Source of the DNA: Phoronis australis
Lineage: Eukaryota; Animalia; Phoronida
Assembly: GCA_002633005.1 (NCBI GenBank)
Contig: NMRA01000117.1
Location: 600,343 to 664,342 of the forward strand
Direction: 5' to 3'
DNA: 64,000 nucleotides
Position 1 is the first letter of the stretch. Every line of letters starts with the position of its first letter. Under the pieces are notes generated by a model. The model saw only the letters and a program-made list of their open reading frames with translations. It was not told where the DNA came from and made no database searches. Of the stretch, positions 46,701 to 57,147 are shown one piece after another. Made by a program: the position numbers and the translations under genes.

Positions 46701-49700
46701 CAAAAACGTACAAGTGGTGTTTTCTTCTTATACAAATACATCGTCAAACTTAACAAGTTCCATCAAAGCATTCGGTAGTTATAGACACAGATGCAAAAGG
46801 TAAATTGACAAGAGAGGGCATGGTAATTCTCATAAAGATTTATCGAGGACTTGGCAAATATAAAAGCAAATGCAAAAAATAAACTTGCCACCACATGACA
46901 TAACAATAGAAAAATTTGTCTGAAAGAAGTTTAGGAGACGCAGGTGTTGACAGCATGCAGCTGGACGTCAAGACTCATAATAATAATAATGCGTATTGAA
47001 GTGCATAAAACGCACAACAATTGCAAACTACAAAGAAGCATGAAGTCGACTTACTTGGAAGAGGAACCAGCTCTGCTTTAGAAAATGTCTTAAAACCATT
47101 TTCTTGTTTCACTGAAAGAAAAAGAACCAAACCATTACTCGTTAGTCATTGTGGCAGCAAACAATCTTTTACGAACATGAAACAATTACCAAAATACAAC
47201 TAACTTCCCACGAACAGAACCTGAAATATGAAATATAACCTGGACCAACTGGGCAGTTTAGACCACAGACCTCTGAACTGTATTTGCAGCACCCCTACAC
47301 AGACATCACAAGTCACATGACCTCCACGCTGCTACAGTGAGTAATACCTTTGTTTGCCTGAGTAAACCCAGAGTTGACTCTATCATTTGGTGTTCGCATA
47401 AACTGTGCTTTGGCTTCGGACCTAACTGATGAATTATGGGACATCTCCAATACATATTCTTCATCGCTCCCTTCTTCTTCCAGGTCTTCATAGACGTCAT
47501 CTTCAACAGCATTCTACAGATCATGAAATTCTTTAAACTTGAGCACTTGGTGAAAATCAAACAAGTAAATAATCTTAACAATGATAGGAAGACAGGAAGA
47601 ATACAACTAAGTTACAAGATTTTCATCATGTATGCATCATGGTCAAGTTTTCCACTGAGACCAGTCACCACAATTTGTGTGACCATCAGCCTAACTCGAC
47701 ATAACAGAAAGGAAATAACCTGGGAAGCCCACTTGTCCAAATTCAATGGACAAGAGGAATAGTCTTCACTGGAATACAGCTTGCCCAAGACCTAGCACTG
47801 CAGCCAGATCAAAATCCTATTGCCACACAATACACGTTTACTTAGAGTTAATCAACTGTTTTACCACACCGGCACTTGCGTAACGTTTTGCTGCCCTATA
47901 AGGTGAGCAACTACATGGTAAAGATCAGAGTTATAAGAGGAGATCCTTGCACGGATGTAATATGTTGTGTTTCTAATAGTTGTACAGTAAATAATACATT
48001 TCACCATCCACTGGCTGACAACTTCTATTAATATCCAGGTGAAATGCAGTCAAAATACTGTGACGAAAGTGGCACACCACGGAATGCAAAACTGTAGCAT
48101 GCCATGTATATTAGGCAGTGAGAATTGAGGAGTACTCGGGTTAGCACAAGTCAACAAGGGGGCTAATTTGCTATGGAGTACTTGTGTTATCTCGCATAGA
48201 ATATATACATTGAAAATCACAGTGAGATTTTGTTAAATTTCAAACTGCACAACATTAAATCGGATCTTTGCGGCTTGACCCAAGTGTATTCAATGTCAAT
48301 ACAGAGGCACAGGTGTACATTTCAACACTTCACAAGCCCTGAGTGAACTATTCTTGGACATCCTGCATTATATTTCCCAGTGAAACAAATGTCTTGAAAC
48401 CCAACCAACAGACTAATTAAAATTCATCAAGAGAGGTAATATAAGATACTTCAGTGTCAAAGCATGTCTTACTAACCAAGTACTGTTCTTCTGACAAGTT
48501 AACTTGTTCAACATCACTATCATCAGCCGATTCACTACTTGTGTCCGACTCCGATGACTCATCATCATCACTTTCCTCAGATGCTGTTTCCAAATCATTC
48601 ACCGACAGTTTCCTGGAAACTGGTTTACGAGCTGGGAACACATTTGGTAGACTGTTCGATTGTCTCAACCTTGCTCTGGGCCCTACGGAGAAATTCACAA
48701 GTTTGTAGAAACTTGCCAAGTAGAATAAATAAGTACAAAACGCTGTATCCACTATACAGTTGAGAACGAATATCGGACTAATGAGAAATATAAAAATAAT
48801 CGTTCAGCCTCAAACTGAGTACAACTAGGGTCTAGGTTTAACTTGATGTATCCAAAAACGAAACTAATATATGATATTTTCAGTTATACGAGCTCAAGAT
48901 AACAGACTGTTTTTCTAGGCCAGAGTTCATTCACCACGATTCATGCAGACAAGTGTCTAGCTAGTCCAAGTTGGTACCTGACCCTTAGATTTGAACTGCA
49001 ATGTTGAGTAAAAATTACAATTATGAGTTCTTACTCCTTAATGCTAAGGTTATCAAGAGAAAATTAAAATCATACAGCCATCAACCCAAACGGTATTTGA
49101 GCACAGAATAATAGACATTTATCTTGAGTTCCCACAAAAGTTGAACGGAAAATGGGTCAAAGGATTTAAATTTTGAGATATAACCATCTTAGTTGGTAGC
49201 TGTGAAACCTGCCAACAATATCAGCGATCTCAAAGGAGCCATTCGAATCAATCAGCCAAGACGTACCAAATGTGCCATGGCACACTCTCAGTGCTGACTT
49301 ATTTCAACTAGACGGCTGTGAATACCTTCTCATTGCAGACTACTCCACACGCTATCCTGTACTCCACAAGCTGGCAACCAACACGTCAAGCCATACCATC
49401 ACCAAACTAATGATCGAAACCCTTGGAATGTTTGGAATTCCAAATTCCATCATCACAGACAATGGCCCCCAGTTTATAGGCAAACCATTTAAAGAGCTCA
49501 TGGCCAGCTCATGGCCAGATATGGGATCAGCCACGTTACTTCCTCCCCACACCATCCACAGTCCCATGGCTTCATTGACAGGATGGTGGATGTCGTGAAA
49601 GCGCTGTTAAAAAATCACCAAACGACATAGACAATAACCTTCTTCAGTACCAAACAACTCCCCAAGGTGCAAACTCCCTATCACCTGCTGAACTACTTTT

Positions 49701-52700
49701 TGGATGCAAACTTGGCGGGAGCCTCCCCAAGTACACCAACCCGAACAGCCCAAGACCTCCAGCGGCTACCATTGGTGGACGAGAACTTCCAGAACTGTCA
49801 ACAAACCAACTCATCTACTATCAAGACGTAGCCAAGAAGGATTGGATCCCTGGCATCGTAACTGGAACTGGCCCAGAGCCAAGATCATATTCTATCCAAT
49901 GTAGTCCAACAGGTCGTTTCTTGCGAAGAAATCGTTGTCATCTAAGACCATGCCACAACATAGTCAGAGTAGATAACCCCACAACCAAGAACATTGAGCC
50001 TTGTCCAACCCTACCCGATGGAGCTCAATGTCCACCAACCACACCAAATCATCCCGTGTATACAGACAAACCAGATATCAACAAAAAGGCTTAGCCTCAG
50101 TCTCAGCCTCACACTCCAAGCAAAAGTAACCCAACTATCCAACCGGGAGTCTACGTGACGCGATCTGGTAGAGCCAGTCGACCACCTACTAAACTGAACT
50201 GTTAGATTTACATATTTAGCTATTTAGTACTTTTCTTCCAACTACATCATACAATAAGGCACAATAATCCTTGTATGATTGTAGAGGCAGTGATAGTCCA
50301 CCCACTCAGTGTCCAGGCAGTTAGCTGTTTGTAGATGGTGCCTCATTATATAACCATTAGTTAGTCATGACATCATTTTAATCGATCAACAAAGGTATCT
50401 GTTGCTGTACACTATTTCATCCAGTGGACCATTTTCACCTGAAATCCATCCGGCGACTATGGTCAGAGTTATACAGAAAGGGGGATGTCATAATATGGCA
50501 CTATCCTCTGTGGACTCTACCAGTGTCTATGGACTATAATGTTATATACCCTATGTTCAAACCATGTTTCCTGTACTAGAGAGCTCCTTCTCTCTCTTCT
50601 TCCGGTCTGAGCCATATTGGAATAAACCACATGGATACTGTTTCTAGTTAATCTATGTTTGTCTAATGTCTACTACAACCATCCATATAACACCTCCCCC
50701 CAGTCCTGAAGTAAAACCTCGGTGGCCTCAAGCTCAATGCAGCTGTTTTCCCAAATGAGTACAACATCACATACGCACGAGGGTCAAACAAACTGTGCTG
50801 GCTCAAAAACCAGTATCTTGACATGGAGACAAAAATACGCTCAGAAAACTGTTTGAAATGTACAAAGCATACCATCGTGTTCACTCAGTCAAAAAAGGTG
50901 CACCATTGGCTTATACAAGTTACAAACAACAGCTACTATAGAGTAATATTTTAGTTCCTGGCCTAACTGCATCAATAGCGTGTGTGTAATTTTACAGTTG
51001 CAGCTCTTCTCTTATTTTGCATGAATATTATCACGATATGGGAAAAACGTTACAGACCTTGCTACACCAAGACAAAGCTACGCGAGGTGCTTTTGCCTCT
51101 TACGAAATCAGAGGAGCTCTGTTGACAGCAACCTAATTAGCACCAACCAAGCAGCTAGTCAAGCTTATTCATAAAGACATGCCCGACATAATTGAGCGCA
51201 TCAATCTTTGCTAAAAAGTAATGTTCCAGTAATTATTTCCAACAGATTAGGTTTATTGTATTGGAAACACAAAAGGTATGGCAATGCACTGGTGATTGGG
51301 GGTGAGTAGGGTAAATACAACTTACCGTAATCGTTCGGGTTAACGCTCTGGGCGGTTAAATTGGCGAATCCAAAAAATCGGGGGAGGGCGGTTAACTGAG
51401 CATGGGCGTTAACCCGAACGATTACGGTATATGTCATGATTGTCAAAACTGCCATTTTATTTTTTTTTCAGAAGCTGATTACTTGAAATATTGGATATGT
51501 TAGAGTATGATCTCATATCCGAGTGAGTGCATGTGTAGGAGTAGTTCAGAGAATTAACCATTATGTAATACACCCCAAACATGAGGAATTGTAGTAAACA
51601 TGTTTGTTCAGTATATCCTGTTATGATTCATGTATGTCACTATATAAGTGTATGATCGCATGGAATGTAACAGACTCAGTAGTATCAGTAGAAGAGTATG
51701 TAATAAAACTATTATCCTCCTTCAGACTAGTATTATCCTTGGACCGCGTTCTCGCACTGTGTCGCGCATTCAACGTTCCTAACCGAAAAGAATGCCTTTC
51801 ACTGCTAGCACATCAACAGGTTATGGGCCCAGCACGGCCAGCAGTTCCAGCACTAGCGTGAGTAGAGGTTCAGGAAGACTGAGTCGGCTATGTTTTGATG
51901 GAGATGAAAGACGGTATGAACTGTGGGAAATTAAGTTTCTCGGACATTTGAAATCGCTAGATCTGAAAGCGACAATTGAATCCGACGCGGAAACCGTCGA
52001 TGATGAGAAGAATGAAGAAGCATTCTGTGAATTAGTTCAATACTTGGACGACAGAAGTTTGAACTTAATAATTCGAGATGCNTCAGCCTCACACTCCAAG
52101 CAAAAGTAACCCAACTATCCAACCGGGAGTCTACGTGACGCGATCTGGTAGAGCCAGTCGACCACCTACTAAACTGGACTGTTAGATTTACATATTCAGC
52201 CATTTAGTACTTTTCTTCCAACTACATCATACAATAAGGCAGAATAATCCTTGTATGATTGTAGAGGCAGTGATAGTCCACCCACTCAGTGTCCAGGCAG
52301 TTAGGTGTTTGTAGATGGTGCCTCATTATATAACCATTAGTTAGTCATGACATCATTTTAATCGATCAACAAAGGTATCTGTTGCTGTACACTATTTCAT
52401 CCAGTGGACTATTTTCACCTGAAATCCATCCGCCGACTATGGTCAAAGTTTTACAGGAAGGGGGATGTCATAATATTGCACTATCCTCTGTGGACTCTAT
52501 CAGTGTCTATGGACTATAATGTTATATACTCTATGTTCAAACCATGTTTCCTGTACTAGAGAGCTCCTTCTCTCTCTTCTTCCGGTCTGAGCTATATTGG
52601 AATAAACCACATGGATACTGTTCGTAGTTAATCTATGTTTATCTAATGTCTACTACAACCATCCATAATATAACACCTCCCCCCCGTCCTGAAGTAAAAC

Positions 52701-53953
52701 CTCGGTGGCCTCAAACTCAATGCAGCTGTTTTCCCAAATGTGTACAACACCACACACGCACGAGGGTCAAACAAACTGTGCTGGCTCAAAAACCAGTAGC
52801 TTGACATGGAGACAAAAATACGCTCAGAAAACTGTTTGAAATGTACAAAGCATACCATCGTGTTCACTCAGTCAAGAAAACTGCACCATTGGCTTATATA
52901 AGTTACAAACAACAGCTGCTATAGAGTAATATTTTAGTTCCTGGCCTAACTGCATCAATAGCGTGTAATTTTACAGTTGCAGCTCTTCACTTATTTTGCA
53001 CGAATATTATCATGATACGGGAAAAACGTTACAGGCCTTGCTACACCAAGACAAAGCTAGGCGAGGTGTTTTTGCCTCTTACGAAATCAGAGGAGCTCTG
53101 TTGATAGCAACCTAATTAGCACCAACCAAGCAGCTAGGCAAGCTTATTCATAAAGACATGCCCGACATAATTGAGCGCATCTATCTTTGCTAAAAAGTAA
53201 TGTTCCAGTAATTATTTCCAACAGATTAGGTTTATTGTATTGGAAACACAAAAGGTATGGCAATGCACTGGTGATCGGGGTGAGTAGGGTAAATACAACT
53301 TATATGTCATGATTGCCCTAGGACTATTACTCCCAGTGATTGCCAAAATTGCCATTTTTATTTTTTTTCAGAAGCTGATTACTTGAAATATTAGATACTT
53401 CACCAAATGTTATTATACACCATCTACAATACAAACTAAGTTAATAATGACCAAAATTATGTTAATACTTCAGTTACAAACTTAACTTGCCCGCTATGTT
53501 TTGTGCTGAATTGGTGAAGACTTAGTACATAGTTCCTCTCCTTTTATTTAACTTGCAATTATCTACTGGGAAGGAACAATGCATCATTCATGCTGTATTC
53601 CTGCATAATGTCATTTCAAACTTACGAATGGATTTGTTGGCATCATCTCTCTCCAGCTTCTTGACTAAATAGCTCTGACCAGAACCTTCTTTGATTGCCT
53701 TTAACAGGCAGTAAAACGCTGCATCACTTCTGGATTCCAGAATGTTCAGCAGATATGAATTCCTGGTCCTCCTGGTCGCTCTGCTCTCAAGCACTTCATC
53801 GTATATGGTAGGGCTAATGATTCCGTCCTGCAAGAGATAGTTACACACAACCTCTGGGTCGATGTCATCCGTCAACAACACCCTGTTCTGCCGCAACACT
53901 TCTCGATGGTGACTGCTCATAGCTTTGTCCTTGAGTTTTTCCAAATTATCCAT
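40747..53953 (-). CDS. Uncharacterised death-fold adaptor: CARD - acidic linker - Death domain - TRADD-N-like domain - helical C-terminal domain (~754 aa, 9 exons)
   Basis: Exons 53626-53953, 48477-48682, 47348-47513, 47055-47111, 45713-45949, 44757-44864, 43718-43828, 42763-43248, 40747-41312 join in frame with GT-AG sites (2265 nt). The exon-8 donor is uncertain. CARD: HREVLRQNRVLLTDDIDPEVVCNYLLQDGII...LLNILESRSDAAFYCL. Death domain: VAPHIHSRWKELAYELGLTDEDI...VLEKW...KLTEVL. TRADD-N-like: DVRRGSVVIVL...LYDSGQL...LTVDINRENFDEC. Confidence 0.78.
46324..46567. mobile_element. MITE family B copy
   Basis: caggtcttgcaatgacc...aaaattccaatccctg, homologous to 20807-21047. Confidence 0.8.
49195..50677 (+). 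mobile_element. Decayed Ty3/Gypsy LTR retrotransposon 3' part (integrase, PPT, 3' LTR)
   Basis: CETCQQYQ, PWHTLSADLFQLDGCEYLLIADY...FGIPNSIITDNGPQF, SPAELLFG and terminal YVTRSGRASRPP, with frameshifts. Polypurine tract agaaaggggga at 50475-50485. LTR TGTCA...TACA at 50486-50677 contains AATAAA. Confidence 0.88.
51325..51427. mobile_element. 103-bp Tc1/mariner-type MITE with TA target-site duplication
   Basis: TA-ccgtaatcgttcgggttaacgc...gcgttaacccgaacgattacgg-TA has a perfect 22-bp TIR. The empty site (single TA) is seen in the duplicate copy at 53301. Confidence 0.92.
51498..52081 (+). mobile_element. Ty1/Copia LTR retrotransposon 5' end (LTR, PBS, start of gag), truncated by the N
   Basis: LTR TGTTAG...CAACA at 51498-51818. 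PBS GGTTATGGGCCCAGCACG is complementary to the internal region of initiator tRNA-Met. Gag-like ORF RLCFDGDERRYELWEIKFLGHL...KNEEAFCELVQYLDDRSLNLIIRD. Confidence 0.9.
52083..52657 (+). mobile_element. Second copy of the Gypsy 3' end (PPT and LTR 52466-52657)
   Basis: Near-identical to 50103-50677. Confidence 0.85.
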
Positions 53954-56900
53954 GTTGATTCAAACAACCACTGCACGCTGCAAAATGACAACTATTGATC
54001 ACAGAGTATCTACATGGACAATCAACAGTCAACAAAAATGCCTCAGCATAAACAGGCTAGTTCAAAACTGGGTGCCCCTATACCGTTTTGAAAAATCACA
54101 CAACATATTTGCAACTTGTTCATAAAACATTTGGTAGTATGACTAACACGTTAAGCTGATGTTTGTGAGAATCCATGTGGAACAGCAGAGTCAAATTTTT
54201 CAACTGAAACAGGAAATCAATTCATTTTACAATAAAACCACTGCAGTACAAAAGTATCCAGACAAAATATCACTTCCCATGATCATGACAGCTAATTCTG
54301 TTAACAGCAGCAATGATTGGTAATCGTGGGAACAAAATTCTAATTAAGTCACTCAGTCATCTTACTAACTTTCCTGTTAACTCCATTTCATTCTCCGTCA
54401 TTAGAGAAAGCAACTCCGACAATGAAATTGACTTCCACTCAGACCCTCTAGATTTGTTGCAACTCATACAATATCAGTGACATCATTCTCTGAGCCCTGG
54501 GAACCAAGTTAGTTATTTTGTCTAATTACTTTTGGCTTGTACTGTTCGTTCAGCTTGACATACTTTCAGTAAATTTCCCACATTTATATACTGCAGGCTA
54601 CACCTTCATACAGTACTTTGCAACTGTATCTAAATATGGTACACAGGTCTGAGGTTGCATGTAACTCAAGATAAACAAAACAAAAATTGTCCCGTCTCAG
54701 AAAATAAGACTTGAACATAATAAGTAGGCTCATCATCACAATCATTTAGACAACAACCATCATTACCTGCAAGTCACCAACTGTAGCTTTAACCTTTCAT
54801 TTAACTACTTTCAATCATATGAGTCAGCATTTCAATCAGGTCAAGGATTAAGGTAAAAGAACCGTTAAACCTTGCATATGTGCTAGTCTATGTCACCGCA
54901 CTACTGCAAATCCCAGGCAATAAATCACCTCCATCCTCTTAAAAGCCAGACACTACTGCACAAAAATGCATGATCAGAGCTTTTTCTATAAGCGTGCAAA
55001 ACAAAAAAAAATGATTAATCAACTAAAATTCAACCCAAAAGAGCTTTTTACAAGAGATTGATGGTAGTTACGTACTTCTATTGATTATCGATCATAGTCA
55101 TAGGTCAATTGTCAATACACTTATCCAGGAGCAAATTGTGATTTGTTCAACATGGATCAATGACTCATAATAACGAAAAACAAAGAACTACAGTTGTCCA
55201 CAATTAGTTAGTCAATAGAAATAACTAGGCTGGTCAATATCTTGTAGGACAGCAGAGCAGCACAATTTGCAGCAAACCAAAACTAAGTCAAGATTGCCTT
55301 AGCAGTGGTTGAGCCAATATTCACCAGGAGGCGCTGAATGTAAAATGAATCTTCGTGACAGTGCGAACAAAAAGCTGTTCACAAGCATCACTGCTGTCAA
55401 TATATACGCATCCCAAGCTAACACCAAAGTGCATTCATGAAGAGCAAATAGGTTTGTGGTTTCCCTGAGCAGCATTTTCTCATTCAGTAAATTGTTGTGA
55501 AATATAGCACATACTTGAAGAAGAAAATATGGGTTGATACGATCCAAGAGAAGAGAATGTCTGAAATCAAAGTTGCTGCTAAAAGTAAACAAGCAATATT
55601 GAACCCCAACAATATTGTTTACAAAGAACTTTTTGTAGAATAAAACTTAAATTTTAAAACAAACATCACCCTACCATTGTTTTAATTCAAATGGATTTTT
55701 ACAAGCTCAAACTTTGAAAAAGCACCTTACCCAAACCCAAAAAAATACCAAAATTGTACAAAACATTTTATTTCAAAAGAATGATGCATAAAGAAACAAT
55801 ATTCAATACTCCTGACTCATTTCATGCCATGCCTACATCACAAACTTAAAACATCTAGCAGTCAGAAACTCAACAAATTGCAAACACTGAAACGAGTATC
55901 AAGACAATTTATAACTGAGTTCTGCTAATAGTAAAATAGGAACAAAACAATTCTACCCTTCAAAAATCTGGTCAACAGAACTCTCCTCGTACTGACAATA
56001 AAATGCACAAGAAGCTGTGCCATTGCTAAACCAGAAACTATTTGCTGAAACACAGCCAAAACATTCAACTCTGGAGGCCTTTTTTCCACCCATATTTTAA
56101 CAAACGTAGCTGACATACATTGACTGACATACATTGCCTGACATACATTGCCATCATTCTTGAATGGCAGTTATACTTCTAGGAATTGTTCAAATTGTAC
56201 AGCTCTTCAGAATTCTAGACACAGTTTGCCCATTTATAAAACTTTCTTAAACTTGCTCCATCGAGTAAACCCTCCGAGCATTCCCACCGACAGACCAAAG
56301 CACGACTCGAACACAGATCTTTACGCGTCGTCACTCTCTACAATACAAGTAAAGCAACAGCTAACATATGTTCTGCTCTTAAAGGGGAAAGCAACCGCTT
56401 TAGATAGTACTTTTAATAAATAGATTCCCTTTGTTATCCTGGTTCATTAATGTTCCCGTGATGTGTATTTACTATGCACAGAACATTAGAAAGTGAAGAA
56501 TCTTGGTTGTGCATCTACCTCCACTGAGCAAACACAGACTATGTTCAAAGCTAGTAGGACACCGTAACTGGCCAAAAGAAGAGAATGTAGAAGCAAGACC
56601 CTGGCCTTTTGCTACACTGTTTACATAAGATATGTATAACCAGGCACCTGCATTTTTACTAAAGGCACCATCAAAAACGGTTGCATTTCCTTTAAAATTA
56701 TGTCTCTCCAACCACTTTTCCTTTGCAAGTTGTCAATTGACCTTATTTTTACTGATAGCAAAATTCAATGTATATGCATCCCAGAGGTGTGTATATGACG
56801 TCTAAGTCCTTTTCAATACCAGCCCTTACTGCAGGAAACAATAAACTTCAAACCTAAGTCTAAATAACTTAGTATCCAAACAGACAAGCAAGTCAAAACC

Positions 56901-57147
56901 AGTGCACTCTAGTCAACATTGTTATACAAGGGACGGTAAGACACTGCTCGTTTGTCACTTGAAAAACAAGACAACCTGAGAGGAAGGGAATTTCTCATAG
57001 CTTAAGGACATGATTACGAATTAACAAGAATGAAATCTACAATTCTTCAATATCATGTAAAATAGCATCTTTAAGATATAGGAAATATCCTCTCAAAACG
57101 TTGAATTTATTGCGCTAGTCAAAAGTCTTTAAATACACTCCTCCCTT

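Larger units (their letters stand above)
50103..53397. repeat. ~1.3-kb near-identical direct duplication (50103-51497 vs 52083-53397) flanking an N
   Basis: Both copies start tcagcctcacactccaagc and end ...gattacttgaaatatt.gata. The second copy begins immediately after the N at 52082. Confidence 0.92.

Noticed and set aside
51792-52109. ORF reading through the N as a Copia-Gypsy fusion protein
   Set aside because: The junction is an ambiguous base at a probable scaffold gap, not a biological fusion.
50663-52867. Duplicated 73/74-aa ORFs (MNTMVCFVHFKQF...)
   Set aside because: Both lie in the duplicated intronic segment, so their similarity reflects the duplication rather than coding conservation.
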